A DNA stretch of 64,000 nt from an uncultured Actinomycetes bacterium (lineage in GTDB: Bacteria > Actinomycetota > Acidimicrobiia > Acidimicrobiales > Ilumatobacteraceae): NCBI GenBank assembly GCA_963828405.1, contig CAWHEG010000027.1, forward strand, positions 839 through 64,838. Reading direction: 5' to 3'. Under the pieces are notes generated by a model. The model was not told where the DNA came from. It worked only from the letters and a program-made list of their open reading frames with translations, and did no database searches. A program made the translations under genes and the position numbers. This document shows, one piece after another, positions 47,700-56,754 of the stretch (its first letter is position 1; each line of letters opens with the position of its first letter).

Positions 47700-49466
47700 A
47701 TGACCGCAGCAGTCGTGCACGACCCGGATCCCCCGACCACGACCCCGTCACCCTCCGCCGGGCCACCTGCCGCCGGGCCACCTGCCGCCGGGCCACCTGC
47801 CGCCGGGCGTACCTCGACGGCTCGCGGCGCAGCATGGTCGACCCTCGCCTACGTCGTCATCGGCGTCGGCCAGCTCCTCGTGATGAGCGCCCTGGGCCAC
47901 CACGGCGACCTCACCGGTGACAACAAGAACATCATCGCCGCCAGCCTGGTGATCATCGCCTTCGGCAAGATCTTCACGACGACCGGAGTCGGTCCGGCGA
48001 TCGTGCAACGCGAGGATCTGCGCCGTGAGCACCTCGAGACCGGGTTCCTGCTCTCGCTGGGCACGGGCGTGATCGCCCTCGGAGCGCTCGGTCTCGGTGC
48101 CCCGGTGATCGCCTCGTTCTTCCACAACGACCGCCTGGTCCCCCTGCTCTGGGTGCTGGGACTGGCGACCTTCATCCAGTCCTCGGGCATCGTCGCCGAG
48201 GGCGTCCTGCAGCGGGAGTTCCGCTTCCGCGCCCTGGCGATCGCCGAGATCGTCAGCTCGGGCGTCGGCTTCGTCGGCCTGGGCGTCGTGTTCGCCCTAG
48301 GCGGCGCCGGGATCTGGACGCTCGTGCTCGCCAACCTCGTCCAGGCGGTGATGAAGGCGGCGATGGTCCTCGCCGCCACCCGTCATCCGATCGGATGGCG
48401 CGTCGACCGCACCGCCGGTCGAGAGCTCGGCCGTTTCGCCACCGGGTTCACTTTGGCCAAGATCTTCAACTTCGCCGGGGTCAACGGCGACAACGCGGTC
48501 ATCGGCAACCAACTGCCCAACCAGCTGGGCAACTACTCCCAGGCGTATCAACTGCTCGCCATGCCGGCGATGTTCTTCGGTCAGATCGTCGACCGGGTGC
48601 TTTTCCCGGTCATGGCCCGCATGCAGACCGACCTCCCCCGCCTCGCCCAGACCTACCGGCGGGGTGTCGCGGCGATCGCCGTGGTCACCGGCCCCGGCGG
48701 TGCGCTGATCTTCGTGCTCGCCCCCGAGATCGTCCACCTCGTCTACGGCGCGAACTCCTCCGACGTCGTCAACCCGCTGCGCGCCTTCGCCCTCGGGCTC
48801 ACCCTGCGCACCGGGTACAAGATCTCCGACTCGCTCGCCCGCTCGTCGGGCACCGTCTTCAAGCGGGCCAAGCGCCAGGCGGTCTACGCCGTGCTGGTCA
48901 TCGTCGGCGCCTACGTCGGCCACTTCTGGGGGATCACCGCCTCGGCCATCGGCGTGCTGATCGCCCTGCTGGCCAACTACCTGCTGATGGCCGACCTCAG
49001 CCTGCGCACCACCGGGCTGACCTGGAGTGCATTCGCCGGCGCCCATCGGCGGGGAGCGATCCTCGGGGTGCTGACCGGTGCCGTCACCCTGCTCGTCACC
49101 GTGCCGCTGCGGCGCGCCGAGGTGAACTTCCTGCTGGTGATGGGTGCCGGACTCCTGGCCACCGCGGTGCTGCTCGGCGCGTTGGTGGTCGTCAAGCGTG
49201 ATCTGGTCCTCGGCGACGTGGCGTGGCTGATCTCGGGCCGGTCCGCCCGCCAGGCGAAGCCCGGCGGTCCGACCGGATCTGTGACGCCGGCCTCGGCCCG
49301 GACCCGGACCAGCCTCGTCGAGCGACTCCAGAACAACGAGATCGACCTCTTGGCCGCGGCCGACGCGCTGGCCAAGGGACCGACCGCCGGGCGGCGGAAC
49401 ATGCGACCAACCCCCCGACCCGCGTCCGGCGCGGCAGTCACTGACCGAGGAGCCAAGCGTGGGTGA
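47700..49466 (+). CDS. Polysaccharide flippase (Wzx-like, MOP superfamily)
   Basis: It has 12 or more TM segments and a strong RBS (GAGGGAGAGGAGGA) before ATG 47700. The N-terminus carries PPAAG x3. Confidence 0.88.
   Translation: MTAAVVHDPDPPTTTPSPSAGPPAAGPPAAGPPAAGRTSTARGAAWSTLAYVVIGVGQLLVMSALGHHGDLTGDNKNIIAASLVIIAFGKIFTTTGVGPAIVQREDLRREHLETGFLLSLGTGVIALGALGLGAPVIASFFHNDRLVPLLWVLGLATFIQSSGIVAEGVLQREFRFRALAIAEIVSSGVGFVGLGVVFALGGAGIWTLVLANLVQAVMKAAMVLAATRHPIGWRVDRTAGRELGRFATGFTLAKIFNFAGVNGDNAVIGNQLPNQLGNYSQAYQLLAMPAMFFGQIVDRVLFPVMARMQTDLPRLAQTYRRGVAAIAVVTGPGGALIFVLAPEIVHLVYGANSSDVVNPLRAFALGLTLRTGYKISDSLARSSGTVFKRAKRQAVYAVLVIVGAYVGHFWGITASAIGVLIALLANYLLMADLSLRTTGLTWSAFAGAHRRGAILGVLTGAVTLLVTVPLRRAEVNFLLVMGAGLLATAVLLGALVVVKRDLVLGDVAWLISGRSARQAKPGGPTGSVTPASARTRTSLVERLQNNEIDLLAAADALAKGPTAGRRNMRPTPRPASGAAVTDRGAKRG
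47761..47805. repeat. Perfect 15-bp tandem repeat x3 (ggccacctgccgccg) inside the flippase 5' end
   Basis: The three units at 47761-47775, 47776-47790 and 47791-47805 are identical and encode (G)PPAAG x3. Confidence 0.9.
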
Positions 49467-50946
49467 CCGCCCCCTGACCCATCAGCTGATCGAACGGTTC
49501 AACGACGACGGCGTGGCGTGGTGCCACTGGAAGTCGAACCGCGACCTCGCCGAGTCGATGGACGGCTCGACCGACCTCGACCTGCTCGTCGACTCGGCCC
49601 GGCTCACCGACGTCTACGCGGCGTTCGCCTCGCTCGGCTTCCGCCGCGGCCAGGTCGCCGGAAGCCGCGTCGACATCGGGCTCGAGGACTTCCTCGGCGA
49701 GTGCCACGCCACCGGCAACCTCGTCCACATCCACACGCACTGGCGGCTCGTCTCGGGCGAGGCCCACCACAAGCGCTTCCGCATCCCCTGTGAACGGCTG
49801 ATCCTCGACACCCGCCAGCGGGGCGAGATCGAAGGGACGTGGACCACCCACCCGGCCGCCGAGGTCGTGCTGCTGGCCATCCGCACCGGGCTCAAGCTTC
49901 GCTGGCGCGACCGCCTGGGCCTGCTGGTCGGCCACAGGACCGGCATCGCCGACATCGGCGACGAGCTCGACTGGCTCGTTGCCCGCTCGACCACCGCGGA
50001 CGTGCGCCGCTTCGCCGGGCGGATGCTCGGCCCGAAGGCGGCCGCCGCGGCGATCGAGCTCGCCCAGTCGGGCCCGTCGACCCGCCGGCTGCTCCGCCTC
50101 CGCCGTGCCGTGCAGGCCGATCTCGCCATCCAGACGTCGCTGCGCGGTCCCGCCGCCCGCCTCGAGCGCTGGAAGCGGGAGGGGATCTGGCTGCGCCGGG
50201 GCATCGCCCGCCACTACCTCCCGCGGCCCGTGCTGCTCGGCCGCGGTGGTCCGGCCGGCGGCCTGCTCGTGGCGATCATCGGCTCCGACGGCAGCGGCAA
50301 GTCGACCGTCGTCAAGGGGCTGCACAAGTGGTTCTCGCTGAAGATCGACACGCTGCCGATCTACTTCGGCTCCGGCGACGGCAACCGTTCGCTGATCCTC
50401 AAGCCGTTCAAGCTGGTGCTCGGGATGCGCCGGCGCGACGGCCTCGAGGGCGCCTCGAACACCGACGACGATCCGGGCCGGCTGAGCAGGCGGCCGAGCC
50501 CGACCCGCGTCGTGTGGGCCCTGGCCGTCTCGATCGAGAAGCGCAGGACCCTGCGGCGGGCCTTCAAGGCGCGTACCCGCGGGATGCTGGTGATCGCCGA
50601 CCGCTACCCGCAGACGCAGATCCCCGGGATCAACGACGGCCCGCAGCTGCGCGCCTGGGCCGAGTCGGCCTCGCGTATGGAGCGGCGGATCTCGGCATGG
50701 GAGGCGGTGCCGTACGAGCGCGCCCACCGCTTCCCGCCCGACCTGATCCTGCGGATGAAGGTCAGCCCGGAGGTGGCGGCGACCCGGCGCCCGGAACACG
50801 ATCCCGACGACCTCAAACGCCGGATCCGGATCGTGGGGAGCCTGGAGTTCCCCGATTCGTTGCACGGCGTCGTCGAGATCGACGCCGACCAGACCCAGGA
50901 CGAGGTGTTCGCCGCGGCGCGGCGAGCGATCTTCGACCACATGTAG
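49459..50946 (+). CDS. Two-domain protein: a Pol-beta-type nucleotidyltransferase-like N-terminus fused to a thymidylate-kinase-like P-loop kinase C-terminus
   Basis: The N-terminus (HWKSNRDLAESMDGSTDLDLLVD) carries the G[GS]..D.D NTase motif. The C-terminus has Walker A (IIGSDGSGKST) and VIADRYPQ (a DRY-like motif). The GTG start overlaps the flippase stop by 8 nt. Confidence 0.75.
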   Translation: MGDRPLTHQLIERFNDDGVAWCHWKSNRDLAESMDGSTDLDLLVDSARLTDVYAAFASLGFRRGQVAGSRVDIGLEDFLGECHATGNLVHIHTHWRLVSGEAHHKRFRIPCERLILDTRQRGEIEGTWTTHPAAEVVLLAIRTGLKLRWRDRLGLLVGHRTGIADIGDELDWLVARSTTADVRRFAGRMLGPKAAAAAIELAQSGPSTRRLLRLRRAVQADLAIQTSLRGPAARLERWKREGIWLRRGIARHYLPRPVLLGRGGPAGGLLVAIIGSDGSGKSTVVKGLHKWFSLKIDTLPIYFGSGDGNRSLILKPFKLVLGMRRRDGLEGASNTDDDPGRLSRRPSPTRVVWALAVSIEKRRTLRRAFKARTRGMLVIADRYPQTQIPGINDGPQLRAWAESASRMERRISAWEAVPYERAHRFPPDLILRMKVSPEVAATRRPEHDPDDLKRRIRIVGSLEFPDSLHGVVEIDADQTQDEVFAAARRAIFDHM

Positions 50947-50980
50947 AGCCGACCGGCAGGACGAGATGGCGCCGGCGAGG

Positions 50981-51084
50981 ATGAACAGGCGAGAATGAAC
51001 GAGGCGATGGTGGAAGAGACGATGGTGGACGAGGCGATGGTGGACAAGGCGACGATGAACGAGGCGACGATGAACGAGGCAGTT
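50981..51084. repeat. Degenerate 12-18 nt tandem repeat carrying seven ATG codons, six of them in frame
   Basis: ATGAACGAGGCG ATGGTGGAAGAGACG ATGGTGGACGAGGCG ATGGTGGACAAGGCGACG ATGAACGAGGCGACG ATGAACGAGGCA. The in-frame ATGs are at 50995, 51007, 51022, 51037, 51055 and 51070. Confidence 0.8.
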
Positions 51085-54000
51085 GCGGCGACGGTGACCG
51101 GTCGTCACGGTGGTGGAGACGGTGCCCTTCGCGGCCAGGAGGGCCGCCCGACCCGCCGCTGGGTCTCCCGCACCGCAGTCGGCACGGCGGTCGCCATGCT
51201 GGCGTCGCTGGTCGGGGTGCTGGTCGGGGTGCCTGCGGCGTCGGCCGCCCCCTGGCTGTCGTTCGTCAGATCGATCCAGACCCGGCCGTTCGTCGGTACG
51301 ACCACCTCGATGGGTGACGACGAGGGTCTCGCCTACGTGCCCGCCAACGACACCCTGTGGGCGATCGACGACTCGCCCGGACGCCTGTACGAGGTCAACC
51401 GCACCACCGGCGCGCTGGGCCAGGTGATCCCCAACGCCGCGTTCCAGGCGACCACCAACTACGCCGGCACCGGCGAGACCGCCGGTCAGTGGCGGGTGAA
51501 GGACCTCGAGGCAGTGGCCTACGACGCGATCACCGACACCCTCTACGCCTTCAGCGGGACCTGCTGCACCGTCAACGAGCAACCCACCGTGTTCCGGCTC
51601 ACCCGGCCCAGCACCTCGGCGGCATTCGCCCTCGAATCGTGGCAGCCGCTCGCCGCGCCCTACAACGACCTGTCGGGCGCCGGCTTCCGCAACGGCGAGC
51701 TGTGGGTGGCGATGGGCAAGACGATCGTCCGGTACGACTACGCGACCAACACCGCCACATCACCGTTCACGCTCACCGGAGCGCCGAGCGCGATCTACGG
51801 CATCGGTTTCAACCCCTCGGGCAGTGAGATGTGGCTGGTCGGCTCCAGTGCTCGGCTGACGAAGTTCGACTGGGCGACCAAGACGCCCGTCCCCGGATAC
51901 TCGTTCGCCACGTACTCGTTCGGGGTCAACGACCCGCGCGCCGTCGAGTTGATCGGCACCCAGCTGTTCCTCGCCGACGGGTACGACTACTACCCGGCTG
52001 GCAGCACCTCGGCGTTCGGGATCCGCGTGTTCGACCTGGTCGACGCCACCGTGACCGCCCCGGTGGCCTCGTTCACGGCCACGCCGACGTCGGGGGCCTC
52101 CCCGCTCACCGTCGTCTTCACCGACACCTCGACGAACATCCCGGTGTCGTGGTCGTGGGCGTTCGGCGACGGCACCACCTCGAAGTCCCACAGCCCGACG
52201 AAGATCTACTCGACCCCGGGGATCTACTACGCGACGCTCACCGCCACCAATCCCGGCGGGTCGAGCACCTCGGTCCCCGTGGCGATCAACGTCGGCAACG
52301 TGCCGGTGGCCTCGTTCACCAGATCGGTCTCGGTGGGCGCGGTCCCGCTGACGGTCACCTTCACCGATACGTCGACCAACTCCCCGACGGCATGGTCGTG
52401 GAACTTCGGCGACGGCTCCGCGCCGGGCACCACCCAGACCGCGACGCACGTCTTCCAGGACCCGGGCGTCTACAACGTGACGCTGACCGCGACGAACGCC
52501 AACGGCTCCAACACCTCGGGCTCGCAGACGGTGAGCGTCACCACGACCGGCGGGGCGCTGACGACCACGTTCATCGCCACCGAGGATGCCTCGATCGATC
52601 AGACGGTGACCATCCCCAAGCCGACGGCGACGAACCTCTACAACCTGAATTCGACGACGGCGGCCAAGCGCTCGTACATCAAGTTCGCCGTGGCCGGCCT
52701 CAACGGAGCGGTCACCGCCGCGAAGCTCCGGCTGTGGGTCACCGACGGCACCGACAACGGCGCCCCCTGGTACCTGCTCGATACGAACGCGTGGTCGCAA
52801 TCGACGATCACGTACGCCAACGCACCTCCGGTCAACGGCCCGCTCGTGGGTGATCCTGGTGTGGTGCCATTGAGCGCCTGGCTCGAGGTCGACGTCACGA
52901 GCGCCGTCGCCGGCGACGGTACGTACAGCTTCGCCAACATCCCCCAGTCGACCAACCAGGAGCGCTACACGTCGACCGAAGGGGTCGACAAGCCCCAACT
53001 GGTGATCACGACCAACGTGGGCGGCGCCGGGTTCGTGCCGGCCTCGTCGTTCACCACATCGGCGTCGGCGGGCACCGCGCCGCTCGCGGTCACGTTCACC
53101 GACACCTCGACCAACAGTCCGACCTCGTGGTCGTGGAACTTCGGCGACGGTTCTCCGGTGTCGACGCTGCAGAACCCGTCGCACACCTTCACGACCGCCG
53201 GCGTCCGCAACGTGACCCTGACGGCGACGAACGCCGCCGGATCGAACACGTCGGTCGCCCAGGCGATCACGGTGAACGCACCCCCGGCGGCGCCGGTGGC
53301 GTCGTTCACCAAGTCGGCGTCGTCGGGCCCGGCGCCGCTGACCGTCGGCTTCAGCGACACCTCGACCAATTCGCCCACGGCGTGGTCGTGGAACTTCGGC
53401 GACGGCTCGCCCGTCTCGCTCGAGCAGTTCCCGACCCACACCTACACGGCGGCAGGCTCGTACAACGTCACCCTCACGGCGACCAACGAGATCGGCTCGA
53501 ACACCTCGTCGGTGCAGGTGGTGACGGTCTCGGCCGGGTCGGTGGCACCAGTGGCGTCGTTCACGAAGTCGGCGTCGTCGGGCACCGCGCCCCTGGCGGT
53601 GACGTTCACCGACACCTCGACGAACTCGCCGACGTCGTGGTCGTGGAACTTCGGCGACGGTACTCCGGTGTCGACGCTGCAGAACCCGTCGCATACGTTC
53701 ACCGGTGCGGGGACGTTCAACGTGACGCTGACGGCGACGAACGCCGCCGGCTCCAACACGTCGACGTCGCAGCCCGTCTCGGTCACATCGTCGGGAACGG
53801 TGACCACGACCTTCATCCCCTCGGAGGACGCCTCGGTCGACCAGAAGGTGAAGACCGCCAGGCCGACGGCAACGACGCTGAACAACCTGGTCTCGACGTC
53901 CTCCGCCAGGCGCTCGTACATCAAGTTCGCCGTGTCCGGGCTCGGTGCGACCGTCAGCAACGCCAAGCTCAGACTGTGGGTCACCAACGGGACCAGCAAC

Positions 54001-55520
54001 GGTGCCCGCTGGTATCTGCTGGACACCAACGCCTGGTCCCAGGCGACGATCACCTTCGCCAACGCTCCGCCGGTCACCGGCGCGGTCGTGGGCGACCCCG
54101 GCGTGGTGCCGACCGGCGCCTGGCTCGAGGTCGATGTCACCAGTGCCGTGTCGGGGAACGGCACGTTCAGCTTCGCCACCGTGCCCCAGTCGACCGACGA
54201 GGAGCGCTACACCTCGCTCGAAGGCGTCAACAAGCCCCAACTCGTGATCACCACGGTGTCGTCGGCGCCTGTGGCGCCGGTGGCGTCGTTCACGAAGTCG
54301 GTGTCGTCGGGGACGGCGCCGTTGGCGGTGACGTTCACCGATACGTCGTCGAACTCGCCGACGTCGTGGTCGTGGGACTTCGGTGACGGGTCGCCGGTGT
54401 CGACGTTGCAGCATCCGTCGCACACGTTCACGGGTGCGGGGACGTTCGATGTGACGTTGACGGCCGGCAACTCGGCGGGTTCGAACACGTCGGTGTCGCA
54501 GGCGGTGACGGTGTCGTCGGCGCCGGTGGCGCCGGTGGCGTCGTTCACGAAGTCGGTGTCGTCGGGGACGGCGCCGTTGGCGGTGACGTTCACGGATACG
54601 TCGTCGAACTCGCCGACGTCGTGGTCGTGGAACTTCGGTGACGGGTCGCCGGTGTCGACGTTGCAGCATCCGTCGCACACGTTCACGGGTGCGGGGACGT
54701 TCGATGTGACGTTGACGGCCGGCAACTCGGCCGGTTCGAACACGTCGGTGTCGCAGGCGGTGACGGTGACACGGGTGGTGGCGGGCCGGTGGCGCCGGTG
54801 GCGTCGTTCACGAAGTCGGTGTCGTCAGGGACGGCGCCGTTGGCGGTGACGTTCACCGATACGTCGTCGAACGTGCCGACGTCGTGGTCGTGGAACTTCG
54901 GTGACGGGTCGCCGGTGTCGACGTTGCAGCATCCGTCGCACACGTTCGCCGGTGCGGGGACGTTCGATGTGACGTTGACGGCCGGCAACTCGGCCGGTTC
55001 GAACACGTCGGTGTCGCAGGCGGTGACGGTGACCACGGGTGGTGGCGGGCCGGTGACGACGACGTTCACGGCCACCGAGGACGCCTACGTCGACCTGGCC
55101 ACGCCGGCCACGGCGAAGCCGACCTCGACCACGCTCTACAACGTGCTGACGGCGACCAACACCCAACGGTCGTACCTGAAGTTCGACGTCACCGGCCTGA
55201 GCGGGACCGTGACCAACGTGAAGCTCCGACTGTGGGTCACCGACGGCACCGACAACGGCGCTGCGTGGTACAGGATCGCCGACAACTCGTGGGGCCAGGC
55301 CACGCTCACCTGGAACAACGCCCCGCCCCCCTTGGCGGGGTCCCTGGTCGGCGACCCGGCGGCCGTGGCGGTCGGCGCGTGGCTGGAGATCGACATCACG
55401 CCGTACGTCACCGCGAACGGCATCTACAGCTTCGCCAACCTGCCGACCTCGGCGAACGGTGAGAAGTACTCCTCCCGGGAGGGAACCAACCCGCCGCAAC
55501 TGGTCATCACAACCGGTTGA
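50995..55520 (+). pseudogene. Giant secreted protein: beta-propeller-like N-domain, 8 PKD domains and 3 DNRLRE-type modules; split by a 1-nt deletion at 54770/54771
   Basis: There is a signal-like TRRWVSRTAVGTAVAMLASLVGVLVGVPAASAAP. The PKD signature (F.D.S...P.SW.W.FGDG) is repeated. The DNRLRE-like modules read TEDA.VD...RSYIKF.V.GL...V..AKLRLWVT.GT.NG..WYLL. At 54766-54775 the sequence is gtgac-acggg, whereas the paralogous 55028-55038 is gtgaccacggg. Restoring the C joins ORFs 50995-54849 and 54789-55520. The start codon is uncertain. Confidence 0.85.
54253..55025. repeat. Three near-identical tandem PKD-domain units (255, 255 and 263 bp)
   Basis: The units start at 54253, 54508 and 54763, and only scattered substitutions are visible by eye. 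The frameshift lies at the start of unit 3. Confidence 0.9.
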
Positions 55521-55599
55521 GGCGGTCGTACCGACCCGGCCCGCGCCCACTCCCCCCGGTTGACGGCGTAGTGTCTCCAGTCTCACACGGAGGGTGTTC

Positions 55600-56538
55600 A
55601 TGAACGTCATGGTGACCGGCGCAGCCGGGTTCGTCGGCAGCTCGCTGAGCGAGGCGCTGATCGCCGCCGGCCATCAGGTGGTCGGGGTGGACTGCTTCGT
55701 CCCGTACTACGACCGGGCGGTGAAGGAATCGAACCTCGCCGGTCTCCGGCTCGACCCGTCGTTCACGTTCCACGAGATCGACCTGCGCACCGCCGATCTC
55801 ACCGAGGCCCTCGACGGCGTCGAGGCGGTCGTGCACCTCGCCGCGATGCCGGGCCTGGCCAAGAGCTGGACCGACGTCGAGCTGTACTCGTCGTGCAACA
55901 TCGTGGCCACGGCCCGGCTGGTGGACGCCTGCCGCGGCCGGGCGCTGCACCGCTTCGTGCACATCTCGACGTCGTCGGTGTACGGCGCCGAGGCCAACGG
56001 CGACGAGACCATGCCGCTGCGCCCGGCGTCTCCGTACGGGATCACCAAACTGGCCGCCGAGCACCTCGTGCTGGCCAACACCGATCAGTTCGGCCTGCCC
56101 GGGGTGATCCTGCGCTACTTCTCGATCTACGGACCGCGTCAGCGGCCCGACATGGGTTACAACCTGTTCTGCGAGGCGCTGCTCGACGAGCGTCCGATCA
56201 CCATCTTCGGCGACGGCTCGGCGACGCGGTCGAACACCTACATCGACGATTGCGTGCGCGGCACGGTGCTCGGCCTGCAGTTCGGCCGGGTCGGCGAGGC
56301 CTACAACATCGGCGGCGGCGAGGTGATCGGTCTGCTCGAGGCGATCAACGTCCTCGCCAAGGTCGCCGGTGTCACGCCGAACCTGATCTTCGGCGACAAG
56401 CGACCCGGTGACCAGAAGTCGACCCAGGCCGACTGCTCGAAGGCGGCCGAACACCTCGGCTACCAGGCCACGGTCGGTCCGGTCGAAGGCTTGGCCCGGC
56501 AGTTCGCCTGGCATCTGGCCCGGCGCACCGCCGCCTGA
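55600..56538 (+). CDS. NAD-dependent NDP-sugar epimerase/dehydratase (extended SDR)
   Basis: VMVTGAAGFVGS, STSSVYG, YGITK (YxxxK). GGAGGG lies 5 nt upstream of ATG 55600; the ORF track starts at GTG 55594. Confidence 0.92.
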   Translation: MNVMVTGAAGFVGSSLSEALIAAGHQVVGVDCFVPYYDRAVKESNLAGLRLDPSFTFHEIDLRTADLTEALDGVEAVVHLAAMPGLAKSWTDVELYSSCNIVATARLVDACRGRALHRFVHISTSSVYGAEANGDETMPLRPASPYGITKLAAEHLVLANTDQFGLPGVILRYFSIYGPRQRPDMGYNLFCEALLDERPITIFGDGSATRSNTYIDDCVRGTVLGLQFGRVGEAYNIGGGEVIGLLEAINVLAKVAGVTPNLIFGDKRPGDQKSTQADCSKAAEHLGYQATVGPVEGLARQFAWHLARRTAA

Positions 56539-56754
56539 CCCCGTCGCTCCCGTCCCCTCCTCCTGACGGCACGTCCCGGCCGTCGACGCCGATCGACGAC
56601 GGGCGGTGAGGCCATCACTCCGGACGGTCACGCGAATGGGCCGATCAGCCAGTATCTGCGAATGGGCCGTGTGTCCTAGACTTGTTATGGTTCTCTGACG
56701 GGGAGGATCGTCGAGAATGGTCCCCGGTGCGGTGGGACATGCGGGAGGGTTTTC

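Noticed and set aside
27377-56727. I tried reading the recurrent GAAATGG(G/T)CCGG motif as an ECF-sigma -35 element (GGAAT/GGAAC), expecting a GTT/CGT -10 element 16-18 nt downstream.
   Set aside because: The bases 16-18 nt downstream of the motif copies differ from site to site and do not give a shared -10 element. I therefore report only the motif, without a sigma-factor assignment.
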